DNA of 64,000 nt from Octopus sinensis (taxonomy: Eukaryota). Of this stretch, positions 30,141 to 42,602 are shown piece after piece. Position 1 is the first letter of the stretch. Every line of letters begins with the position of its first letter. Both the position numbers and the translations under genes were made by a program. The notes beneath the pieces are model-generated. The model was not told where the DNA came from. It saw only the letters and a program-made list of their open reading frames with translations, and ran no database searches. Location of the stretch: the NCBI RefSeq assembly GCF_006345805.1, contig NC_043008.1, forward strand, positions 71,858,001-71,922,000. The letters run 5' to 3'.

Positions 30141-30846
30141 CAAGTAGCAGCTAAGCCCGGTTTCACCCGGTCGGTTTAGATGATGTGGCTGTAAAACCTG
30201 CTCTGTGTAAGCATTCGACTTGCTTGGGAACGCTTACGTTAAAAAACAATTTTATAATGACTTTTCTATCAAAACGCTAAAAATAACTGACCAACAAAAA
30301 GAAAAAATAAACCCAAATAGTAAGCGAACAAAAATGCAAAACATAACGATGCAAAACAACAGAGACAAACACAAAAAATAATACAAGAATTAAAAGAAAT
30401 AAAAAAACATTGGTCAAATATCCTTTAAATTTTCAAAGGTAAAAAAACAAAAAATGAATAAATAACTGAAGAGCATTAAATGCCTCAACCTCAGTGCGAA
30501 ATATTACGCAAAATTTAAAAACCAAAAGAAAAACTCACCAAAACTGAAATAAACAACTGAAACACTACAAAGAAAGACTTCACAAAAAATCCCACTTCCA
30601 TTGCGCGCCCGCACTCAAACACACACATTCACATAGCCCCCGTTTTACATACACACACATATATTCACACAGAGTTGAAACGCTGTTTGATTTATTTTTT
30701 CAGCGATGAAAAGAATACAAAACCCAGGAACACCACGGGATCATTCTACACATCTGTGTAATTTTTCGCGCAATCACCCCCCAGCTGTTTGACCGTAAAT
30801 CCCAAGACAATAAAGAATCACCCATGCCAAATTTATATGTATAGAT
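30141..30846 (+). mobile_element. non-autonomous Helentron-like element
   Basis: It starts AGTAGCAGCTAAGCCCGGTTTCACCCGG (short hairpin) and ends TTTATATGTATAGAT. This is the same terminal style as 7227-8880. Confidence 0.4.
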
Positions 30847-30969
30847 ATATTTGTACGTGGAAGCTTACAACATCATCCATCAGAATATGCCATTTTTGAT
30901 GAAAGGCCTACGAATGAAAAAATAGGCGGGAAAGGAATAAAAGTATTAAAAGTAAAATAGTTCCAAAGT

Positions 30970-31505
30970 CTACTTATATTACTGAAACCTATTTTAAAAT
31001 GCATACCGCGTCTTATAAGAGACGACGTGCACCTGTTAAACCACCTGACTAAAATCGGTAAAACCGATACCATTATTGAATCATTTGATGTACTAGATCT
31101 CCAAACCACAATCCTACACCAATTTCGACGAGAAGCTATAGGTTTCTGTGTGAAAAAAATCCCTCATATATTCCCAGACAGAACTACAATATATTTCATC
31201 ACCGAAGGATTAAAAGTCATCCTTGAAAATAATTAGTGTTTAATGACAATACTTACAAACCAGAATCAGTGACTGCAATGGGCACAAACGTCGCACGGAC
31301 CTTCGCCAATTTAGTCGTGTCATACATATATGAATAATGCCAATTAGAGTTTGGCTTCGACTTCCATAAATATTTACTAGGAAACCGAAAATATTACTTA
31401 GATGAATGTCTGATTGTGTAGACGTGCACATTTGACCAAATTATTGATTTCAAATATTTAATTAACAACATGAATAGGAGTATTAACTTCACCATGGAAC
31501 AGCAA
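30970..31505 (+). pseudogene. degenerate Penelope-like (Poseidon-type) reverse transcriptase fragment
   Basis: LKPILKCIPRLIRDDVHLLNHL..SFDV..GLKVILENN..NDNTYK..TAMGTNVARTFANLVV..YLDECLIV..NNMNRSINFTME, covering PLE RT motifs with stops and frameshifts. Confidence 0.85.
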
Positions 31506-31938
31506 AATTTACGTTAAAAATCTAGATAAGCTATGGAAGTTAAAGTACTGTTCTGTATGTAGTGTGATCTACTTTTGAAGCAGGTTAAGCTAAATAAGTG
31601 AAATGTTTTTCGATATGTAGAGTATTCTAATTTTGAAACGTCATTGTAATGGCGTATTTGCATTTATTGCTATTTAGTAATATCTTCATTCTTTATTGCT
31701 ATAATATTGAAAGGATATAACTTGTTTTTGTTTTCAATTAATACTTACATTCCGAGGCAAGTATTTTCTATGTTTTATGTTATGTAAACATGTTGAAATA
31801 TACGTTGAATACACACAGTAACTAATATGAGCGTCTAATTAACCATTCGTTAAGAGTAACTAGGATTAACTTAAACTATAGTAGTTCGTGTCGTTTTTTT
31901 ATTCACTCACTCTTTCTGCGTCTATACATGTATGCATG

Positions 31939-32007
<69 letters not shown>

Positions 32008-32301
32008 CATGTATGCATGTATGTATATATATATTGTGTGTGTGCATATGCTAATATGTACATATACATGTTCATGCGTATATATTTAGATGTATATATG
32101 TGTGTGTGAGCGTGTTATATGCAAATACATACATACATATATACGTATATATATGTGAATGTATATTATGCATATATATATATGTACGTATGTATGTATA
32201 ATTCTTAAACAACAACAACAGTATAGAGTAACCCATAACATAATTGTAAAATTGTTTTATTATTATTGAGCATAAGAACAAACATTAACAAAGACGCACA
32301 G

Positions 32302-32339
<38 letters not shown>

Positions 32340-32809
32340 ATATATATATATATACATGCTCATATAATATGTTATATAATATATGTAAGTATATGCGTAC
32401 ATGGTATATGTGTGTGCGTATGCATGTCTTTATACATATATACATATAGTATATATTTCTTGCAAATCCAAATTAGATTATCAAAAACCCATACATGAAT
32501 GAAAGTGACAGCAAAATATAACAACAACAGTCAATAAAAGGCACATTATGACAAAAATTACAAGCAAGCAAACAAGACGCGAAAGAAATAAAGCATTATT
32601 TGAAAGACGATAAGAATACGAATATTATTACATCAACAATAGTTTAATTTAACGAGAAACGAGGATTTGTTGGGAGTGGTTTGGAATTGGAGAAAAAAAA
32701 ATTAAGATAAAATTTAGTTGAAGAAAATGTCTTAAGATAAACGTGCTGAACACTTACAAATTATATTTCCTCTCCCATGGAAAAGTATATCAATATCAAA
32801 TGGTGAATT

Positions 32810-32990
32810 ATATGGAAATGCTAAGTAATATATTGTTCTGAAAGTTGGCAAAACGACTGACAGTCGCCATTAACAATGTTTGCTGCACGATCCATTTCAT
32901 AGAGTTTCCGCTTGATGCATGGCAAGCTCTGAACAACAAATTACGTGCAATTATTTGCAACAGATTTAAATGTGCACTACAATGCACAAA
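32810..32990 (-). pseudogene. possible hAT transposase fragment
   Basis: FVHCSAHLNLL resembles the hAT HCxAHxLNL motif. There is no other support. Confidence 0.25.
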
Positions 32991-34529
32991 CAATTTTTTT
33001 CTTTTCTTTCAATATTTCTTTCCTTTATACAGTTCTTTAGTTCATTCTTTCCTTCGCTCTTTCTTGTCTCCTTGTTTACAATAGAGAAGAGTTTTTTCGT
33101 TTATTTCTTTCTCGTCACTCTCTTTTCTTTGATTTTCCGTTAGAATTGTTGTTGTAAATACTTTTTGGTGCGGTGGTGGGGAGTTGCTTTACTAAAAACT
33201 TCCAAACACCTAATTAAGTTAATGATTTTTGAAATGTTTCATAAATGCAAATTAGAAGCAAAAGAGGAATAAAAAAGGGATATATTGTAGAACCCCTCTA
33301 CTTCCCATCATAGAGAGACATATTTGGAATAGTTATCTTCACAATCATTACCACTACTACCATGAGAAGTAGGAAAGGATAACGTAGACAAAGAACGGAA
33401 ACGCTTCCACCAACCTCATAATCACTTTTTAAAATATCATCAACAAATGCTTACACACCTATTGTTTATGATCATGATCATCATCCTTATACATATAAAG
33501 TCATCGTCATGTGATCATATATAGATACATACCTAAAATTATCAAACACACGAAATTTGTTTAACTAATCATTGTTATCTGGACTAGATCCATGTTATTT
33601 AACATGTTTACACGAGTAGATCTCTGTTACATAACATTTTCTTGCATCTAGGCAAGTTCTAGTATAAAAGATATTGTCCAGATGTAAGAAAATGTTTTTA
33701 TACTACATGTTGTTTACATCTGATGTAGATGTCTGTTTTAAAACATTTGCTTACTTATAGACTAGATCTGTGTTGCATAGCAAGTTATTGACTCTGGATG
33801 AGATCTACATAATCTAACTTATATTACATCTGAACTTTATCTCTTTCCTTCATTGAGTATTTAGATACGTGCGTATAATCAACATCTCTACTTACTACCG
33901 CATTTATAGTAGAATATTGTATTCTGTTATTCTGTAGGATATAGATTATGCATATTATACTGTATTATTCTATACCTATTGTACTGGTATACATACATGG
34001 ATAGGTGGAATTTTGGAGAAAAGATTAGGTTCTTGTTGTCCTCTAATATTTATACGTATTAGTTTAACTATTACATTACAACAGCCGTTTCCTATTGTCT
34101 TTCGTAGTTGCACATCACTTGATGTCTATATAAGGTTGATGTCTATATAAGGCTACTTGGTGTGGTATATTTGAAGTAATAATTTGTATATCCACCGATA
34201 AAATACACTGCTGCAAACACGACGCTGTATACCGAACTCAGGTATAAAAGTCATCTCTCTTACTTCATCTGACGGCTCTCCGCACAATTTCAATGTACTC
34301 CATTTCAAACAACAGGTCATGGTACCATGCATGTTTGCTTGGTATCGTATTGTATGACAAGCATGATCATCAACAACTCAAATCTAAATTAGAAAATTAC
34401 CATCTTTAAATCTCACAGCGTGAGCTATTCAGGAATGGTATTTTGTAGTAAAGATTGTTTGCCAACATAACATGGCAGTCCTTTTTAGGACGTATGTTGC
34501 TGTAATTTAGCCCCTGGTGACATCGTCTC

Positions 34530-34790
34530 CAGCTGCTATACGACACGATCTGTGTCCTTTTATATTTTTTCGAACAAGGGAATCTAGCACCCCCATCCAG
34601 CTCAAAGCAATATCTGTGTATCGCGATTTCCGGATTATTTGCCTTCATCAGCAAAGAACAATTATTCTGTGCTGATGGTGGGAAATTACCCGGAAATCGC
34701 GATACACAGATATTGTTTTGAGCTGGGTTGGGGTGCTGGATTGCCTTGTTCGAAAATATAAGGACTCAGATCGTGTCGTATAACCAGCTG
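34530..34790. mobile_element. foldback element / probable MITE (~128-bp arms, 6-nt loop)
   Basis: The left arm CAGCTGCTATACGACACGATCTG...CATCAGCAAAGAA pairs with the right arm TTCTGTGCTGATG...CAGATCGTGTCGTATAACCAGCTG. The right end is followed by TA. Confidence 0.75.
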
Positions 34791-35524
34791 TATACCATGT
34801 CTCACTTTGTGAAGTTTCTGCACTACATCGTACACACACGCGCGCTTGCTTTACTTTTCATTTTTATGAATTTCAGATTTCCCGTCATCACAAACTTGAG
34901 AACTAAAATCTGTAAACTGTTGCAATTGCTAATGGCTTTGAAGAAGGGAAAACAATAAACTGAAAATTACAATATTCATGTTAGCTAAATGTCAATATTT
35001 GTGTCCAGTGTGGGAGAGATTATGGACATATGTTTCGGTCTTATTTTTTGCATCATCATTATATATCATATATTCACGGATCAGATTAGATATCAGAGTG
35101 TGACATATAGGAAGACGGTTGGCTATAATTCGGAGAGGTTTATTTAGGATAATAATGGTAAAGAATCTAGCAATATTAAATAGTTAGAGGTCAAACAGAA
35201 TTACTTCGTTAATTAAGCTAAGGGTATGTTCTAATACACAATAAATCCCTAATTAATGGGTCTCCCCTCGAAATTACACCCAGAAAAGAAAAGCCTAAGA
35301 GCAATAGCTAGTGACACTCAATGGATAGAATATGTATTCTAGCATATTTGTTTGATAACAAAACATGAGATTGGTTTTCGCTTGCAAATATTCACTTTGA
35401 CATATTAGAGCTACTGTTTAAAATTGCAAGTTGTAGTTTCTGTTTTCAGTTCCTAGATTTCATTACTTTTGTCTTATTGAATAATTTTCGTCGAATTTGC
35501 ACATACTAACAAATATATTTTCAG

Positions 35525-35635
<111 letters not shown>

Positions 35636-36299
35636 GTTTATCGTATTTGTGTATGTGTACATGTATCTACACAGAGAAACAGAGACACAGACAGAAAAAG
35701 GTGAAAGAGTGACAGACATGAAGAGTTAAAATATACCAAAGCTCAAAATCAAATATATATAATAATAGACAAAAATTTGAAATTTAGTAACGCCATTATC
35801 AGATTGGTGAAATGTCAGACAAACTATGATTTTGCTAAGAACCATTTTAAAAGGCAATATATACTGAATGTGACATATTAATAAGTAAAGTTACCGTCAT
35901 TGTAGTGATATTCCATTATTCATAAAAATAAATGATACTGACATACAAACTCATACAAAGACTGAAATTCCTAAACATTAACTTTGAAACACATCGATGC
36001 ACACAATGGTGCATATATATATATACGTATGTATGTGTGTGTGTTACATTATGTGATATACATATACATATATATGTTATAAGTGTTATATATCAATAAT
36101 AGAAATTATAACAATATACGTCACATTCATACATATTTATATATACACACACACATATAAATATGAACATACATATATGCATTTGTTGTATATAAATTTA
36201 TACATACAAATACATAGAATAGAAGTGGTAATTATTTTTGGTAAGTTGCAACAGAAATTATAAGCCTTTAGATGCTAGTAATTTTTGCATTATTTACAT

Positions 36300-36830
36300 G
36301 TTATGCCATCTCAGCCTCATACTGCCTTCTGCACTAGAACCAATTTTTACCTTAACAACAAGAAGTGGGTTGGGTGGAATTACGTATTTATTGTTCAGTG
36401 TGAAAGTTGGTGGTGTGTGTTCCAATCCATTTGAAAGTTTAACATTCGGAAATTTTAAGGACATTTATCTTTAGTAATTTTTATCATTCATCAATATGGG
36501 CGGTTCCAATTTTATTTCAGTCCAATCTATATGCTTATTGTCTCTATAGACACACGACATTTTAAATTCAGATGAATGTGAATTTCCTCATTCAGCTCTG
36601 ATATTCTGACGTCCCTTTCCTTTCCAGCTTCCCATCGTCTCTTATTTCCTCTTTCCCTTTGTTGAACCACTTGTGCCAGTGAAAGACCTCTTAGTCCATA
36701 GGCAATGAGGAACATTTCAGTCTGGAGCATTACATAAAAAACGCTCTATGGCTTTTGCTCAGTTTAATAGGAAACTTTATGTTACGTAGATTGCATTCAA
36801 CATCTGACTGTATTACACAAATTAATCAGC
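36300..36830 (-). pseudogene. degenerate mariner-family transposase N-terminus
   Basis: Across frameshifts it reads RNIKFPIKLSKS..MLQ..AYG..LS.AQV..HKWFNKGKEEIRDD, matching mariner HTH consensus RxNIKFCxKLGK..AYG..LS..QV..WHKRFKEGRE..EDD. Confidence 0.6.
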
Positions 36831-37156
36831 TGTATGAAACATGGCTAGTAGAGTGTGTTCAATCTCGAATAAAAATTTGGCAGCACAACTTAGTAGAAGT
36901 AATATAATAATAAACTATTATCACAATATAATCATGGACAGTTATGACTGCCTCAACTAAAAAGGTATCAAACCTGGAATGCACCTTGTCTATTCACATA
37001 CCTACATATATACGAATGTATGTAAATATTCCTACATATTGACATAAATATATATATATATACATATATATTTTTTTTACATTTACACACACACACAGAC
37101 AAGCACACGCATATATATATATATATGTATGTGTATATATATATATATTATATATA

Positions 37157-37199
<43 letters not shown>

Positions 37200-37750
37200 G
37201 TGAAATAGAAAGATGAATAATCTTGTAGTAGATTAATCAAAAGTTTAACCGATACCTTAGTAGCAAAAATCACAGCAGTAAACAGCACGGTTGGAGGTAC
37301 AACCATCTGGCGTTGCAACCGTGCGTTGGTGCGGATAATTGAAATTAAAACATTATTGGAGAATTGAAGAAATGGAGCTGAACGCAGATTGAACAGAAAT
37401 CGTTTTATTTCATTCTACACGTGTTTCGAAAGGCACAAATTACCAAAATCCGATTGAATAATGGGACCATATTGTGTCTTTCTCTTCAGGAAGAAAAAAG
37501 GAAATCCGTTGGAAGAACAAAAACAGAACAGAGGCGGAGCAAAAAACAAATCGAACTGTGCTCCTAAGAGCCCATGGCGAAACTGTTTATCAGTGTATGT
37601 TGAGAACCGGTGGCTGAAGAATTCAACGGGTCAGGCATCGGTCAATCATGTGGGTGAGGGTGTATAGATGTTCTTTGTGACCGAGAATAAAGTTCTGACT
37701 ATTTAAGGAATATTGGATGTTTTATAAGGGGCGAGAAAAAATCTACTTAG
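37200..37750 (-). mobile_element. hammerhead-bearing PLE pseudo-LTR-like element, copy 1
   Basis: Homologous to 52447-52805 in reverse orientation and ending in (TA)n. Confidence 0.75.
37413..37492 (-). ncRNA. type I hammerhead ribozyme motif
   Basis: TTC-CTGAAGA-GAAAGACACAA...TTGTGCCTTTC-GAAAC-ACGT-GTA-GAA. The core is intact, stem II pairs 10 of 11 positions, and stem III is palindromic. Confidence 0.75.
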
Positions 37751-37814
37751 AGACGTGTGTGTGTGTATACTGTTCTATATATGTGTGTGTTGGCGTAGGG
37801 GTATATATATATAT

Positions 37815-38177
37815 ATATATAAGTAGTTGAATGAATTATCCTAGTATGGATAATTCGGTTACCCGATACCCGGGTAGCAAATTTACGTCAGAAAGCACGG
37901 TTGAAGCTACATGCCAAGGGCAGAAATCACGTGCTTTAGTGTGGAAATTTGTGTGTTTTTTTTACTATAGATAAAGGAAAGAATGGAGTCGAACGACGAT
38001 TTAACAAAATTCCTTTATTCTCGACATATGTTTCGAAAACTGCATATTCTTAATTCCGAAGGAATAAAGGGTGCATTATCCGTGTGGGCAGTCATCTAAA
38101 AGTTTTTGTTCGTCATGATGCTGACATAAGTTCCTTGTCTTTCCTGATGAGAAGGCGGCATAATGCACCCTTTATTC
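37815..38177 (-). mobile_element. hammerhead-bearing element, copy 2, with 5' inversion
   Basis: The 3' part lies on the minus strand (TTC-GAAAC-ATAT-GTC at 38023-38036). The 5' part is inverted onto the plus strand (TTTC-CTGATGA-GAAGGC at ~38138-38157). ATAATGCACCCTTTATTC is present in both orientations. Confidence 0.75.
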
Positions 38178-38689
38178 TGCATGAACTGTTTATTATAATT
38201 TGTCTCGACCTGTTACCACTTTTTAAGCATACCCGTTAGCTTTTCATTCCTATGTTTATGTTATAGTTTACCACGCATATAGACGTCCATACACATTTAT
38301 ATGTCTGTCTTTTTCCCTTTCGTTTCTCTTACTATTGTTATTACTGTTATTTGTTCCCCCTTTAAAACTTGTTTGCAAATATCCGATTTTTTCCCTATTA
38401 CCCCACTTGTATTCTCCCTTATTTTATCTTATTTTACTTTACTTTATTTTATTAAACCCTTTTACGATGTCCTTACAAAAGTTCTTCACACTGATGAAGA
38501 TGACAATGCATAAATTTAATTATAATTACTGTGCTTATAAATTTTTTCTTACATATTCGTATTGTCCTTTGAAACGCGCGTATGTATTGAATCCTATTTT
38601 GCATTAAATCTAATTTTGATTCAACATCTTTTTCTCCTCCATTTTTCTATAATTGTTCATGGTATTTTCATACCGATAACGATTTTTTA

Positions 38690-38787
<98 letters not shown>

Positions 38788-38851
38788 AGTTAAATGAGAA
38801 GTGAATTCCGAAAGAAGTAATTCTTGATGTGCAGAGATTTCCTTCAGAGAA

Positions 38852-38884
<33 letters not shown>

Positions 38885-40518
38885 TATGGAGAACCTAAAT
38901 GAGATGCGATTGTTAACTCTGAAGGACTATGTAGAATAATCAAATGGAATTCGAAATCTACTTAAGGAGAATTGCGTGTTATATTTAATACTTTAGTGAG
39001 CATGTAAAAAATATTGAGATGCATTTCGGTCTTTATATTAGCATCAATAACCTCATTTATTGCTTCTTCTTCTGACAAATAGTAAGTTTCTACAGTTCAA
39101 CATCAAAGCAGTTTCAGTAACTTTGAACCATTACTATAAGCATAGTAATAATGAATATAGGGAGATGTAGTGTTACAGGAATTTTAGCGAATTTATCAAG
39201 GGAGAGTCGTATTGCAAAGGCAATGCTAAAAGCAGAACGATCTGCAATGTTTAAGATTGACATTACACAATTAGTATACGTCGATATACATGTATATGTG
39301 TGTGTATATATGTGTGTGAGTGTGTATTGCGTACATATATGTTTGCATATGCATATATATATGACATATGTACATGCATACACTACATACATATTCACAC
39401 AGACAGGTACACATGCACACATAGTTAGATATAAAAAGACTGAGGTAAACACATATTTGTATATATACGACTAATATGGTGTTGGTTTCTACCGACCAGA
39501 CGAATATTATGTGGAAAATGGATAGAAGAATACAGTGAACTTGTCAGAAGTTGAAAATACAACGTCTCGGAGGGTGGTCTTCCTCGGGTAAAATTTGATA
39601 GCAGTGAAAGAAGGGATAATGTTTTCCATTCTTCAAGTTGCACACATAAACACTGACAAAGGCAAACACATACACATATACACACACATACACGCACACT
39701 CACACACATATATCCATATGTATATATGTATATATGTATATTATACATACATAAAAATAAAAATACGTACACTATACACATTCTATGAATATATAAGAAG
39801 TAGTGGGCGTGTGTGGCTATTTAGTCCGGGCAGCTTACCACGGGTTTCAAATGAGCATGGGTGAATATATATTCATTATTTTCACGCAGAGTAAAATAAT
39901 GCCATTAACAGAAAGCTGAGACCGAGTCTACAGTGAGGTCCCTACTAGTTTTCTGGTGACTGGCTATTGGTAGTTAACAGTATTAATACATCTAAGATTT
40001 TAAGAGTAATCAATTTATTCTCAAAACGAATCTATTTACGATTATTAATTATACAAATAAAGATAGAAAAATAAATATTATTATTAGTAGATTAATCAAC
40101 AAACACACAAGACAAAATATCTATAATCTCCTAAATATTTTTGCAAACCTCAGTAGAATGATATTTCAGGGTACGTCCAGTTATATCGATTCTAACTTCT
40201 GTTGAAATTAATGGATGAAGGCATAATTTTAGAAATCAGTATTTGGTGAATTTGATGAATAGAATTTGGCAAATGAAATTCCGAAGAATTAGTTTTAATA
40301 CGTGTGTATAATTTAGATGGTTCTAAAGATAGAACATATCTTTAAGTCGGCTTTTGTTTCGTTTAACAGAAAATTTTAAATAGGAAAGCTGTGTCACGTA
40401 AGATGAAGGTTAAATGTAGTTCGTTTCATGGCTTCTATTGTATGCGATCATGGTTGTTTTATATATATATATAGGCATACAAACATATAAATGTAAAATT
40501 ATATGAATGTAAATGTGC

Positions 40519-40563
<45 letters not shown>

Positions 40564-41519
40564 TACATTTACTCACGCATGCACACAGGCCTACACATAG
40601 AAATATGCATGTGTTTATTATGTTTATACACACTTAGCGAAGGAGATACATTTACACATGCCTATGTATAGATGCAGTAACATTAAAGCGCCATGTAAAG
40701 AAGCGTAGCCGGCAAATATTAACAAAAGAATTCATATATACCAAAATGTATAAACACCACACTTACAAACACACACACAAACAGACCCCCCCCCCGAATA
40801 CTCACACACACATTCGTATACATACATATATATATATATATATATGGTGTCTTATATATATATGGTGGGTTATGAGGATTTATGGACCTGTATCCCGTAG
40901 AACAAAACAAATTTTTATAAGAATTTTTATAAATGCATTCAATCGTTTCAAACAGCTATATTATAACATGTAAATTCCTGGTAGTATAATTAAATTAATT
41001 ACATATCACTTTTTTCCTCACTGAAAGAAGTATAAACAGAGGACTTGATGATATAAATAGCAAAGACCAATTTCGGATATACATATTCATCCTTATGAAA
41101 ACTGAGAGCAACATAATAAAGAACCTGAGTCTATTTGTATATAAACCAAAACTAATGCAATTATCAGTTATTTGAAAATATCAGTGAAAAAGGTTTTATG
41201 AGACGTTCCCTTTATAGAAGAGTAAGTAAATAAGTTATTCAAACTCGAAATAAGTCCTTTATAAGAGGAAGTTTTATAGAAATGTCCAGTAGATAATCAT
41301 AATTATGTTTGAATTAGGATATGACTTGACAGTTATAAACGATATTAGGTATGGTGTGTATTTTAAAATATTATGCGTGAGAATAAAATCAAACTAGTGA
41401 ATTTAGTATGTAGGAGGTTGCAATGTAAACGAGTTAGGGGTAGAAATGCTTAAAGACCTACATAAACTGGCGATGTGTTTGTGTAAGAACTAATATTCGT
41501 TTGTGAATATTAAGTATAA

Positions 41520-41790
41520 GGTAAAGAAAACTTCTATAAAATCACGAATAAATAATCATAGGTATTCCATTAATGACCCTAGAAAAAACAGTACAGCGTT
41601 ATCTAAAAATGTTTGCCAACTCAAAAGAAACAATATTGAATACTCAACATCTTGGAAAATCTTATGTTCAGCCCCATCTTACAGATATAATAACAAAATT
41701 TGTAGGTTATGTTTAGAAGAAGGCTACAATATAATGAGAATGAATGGACATCTTGTTAATACTAGGTATGAAAAAGTTTTTTTCATGTAA
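41520..41790 (+). pseudogene. Penelope-like (Neptune-type) GIY-YIG endonuclease C-terminal fragment
   Basis: KSRINNHRYS..NSTALSK..LK..IEYSTSWKIL..Y..NKICRLCLEE..LVNTR. Confidence 0.8.
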
Positions 41791-42430
41791 ATACATGACC
41801 AAATACCTTTTTTATTAATCTTAAACAATACCCCTTATTTGAAATTTTAATAACATTTCCATTTTTTCTAATATACTTATATTCCTTTAAATATCTGTAT
41901 ATATTAACCCTTTCTATGGAATTCGATTATTAATCATCACATTCTCTGCACATCACATTATCTTACATTATATTGATATATATTTATTATTTAACTCTCT
42001 CCTCTAATAATTACTTGACCTACATAATATTGGACTAACATTTTCTCAAAATCTCCCTACACCTCACTTGATATTAATATATATTATATCTTCCCTTAGT
42101 ATATAATATACCTTTATTTTTTTGTAATTTATTCCATTTGCATAATATGTACCTAACAAAAGCCACTTCACCTACCTACTCCAGTTAATAATGTTTAATG
42201 TCCCTTGCCAATCTACCTGATACTTAATTATATTTTACAGATGATATATGCAAACACACAGAAATAGAAATATTAATATTTCTAAGTCTTTCTAAAGGAG
42301 ATTACGGCAGTGATACTGGATATCAATAGTTATCGCCAAGCTAACATGGCAGTTCAGAAAAATAGGACGAAAACCAGTGGATGTATTCAACTGAATTTAG
42401 GTAAATAATTCTTCGAACAGACGGTCAGTA

Positions 42431-42542
42431 GCGACGCCTGCTGTGTTCGGTTACTCTACATTGATAAGGAGCAAATACACTGAAACTAATCTGTAGATGC
42501 CAGATCACAAGGGGAAGCGGCTGACCTCCCCTGTTCGAAGGT
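42431..42542 (+). repeat. direct repeat 1 (LTR-like)
   Basis: About 85% identical by eye to 44131-44243, at an offset of exactly 1700 bp. Confidence 0.95.
42455..42497 (+). ncRNA. minimal type I hammerhead ribozyme, U3-A8 variant (probably damaged)
   Basis: TCTACA-TTGATAA-GGAG-CAAATA-CACT-GAAAC-TA-ATC-TGTAGA. Stem I is intact, but the stem III G>A change breaks the C15.2-G16.2 pair. Confidence 0.7.
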
Positions 42543-42602
42543 TATAATGGACACTGTTGAAAGCTGTTACGGCGTGGTGAACTGTTGAAGTTTTTGTTGG
42601 GT

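Noticed and set aside
36300-36470. Putative minus-strand host exon (MSLKFPNVKLSNGLEHTPP..)
   Set aside because: It lies directly downstream of a recognisable mariner N-terminus on the same strand, so it is better explained as decayed transposase.
41060-41110. Hammerhead-like GGAT..ATCC-GAAAT-TG-GTC on the minus strand
   Set aside because: The CTGANGA core and stem I cannot be recovered, so it is too degenerate to call.
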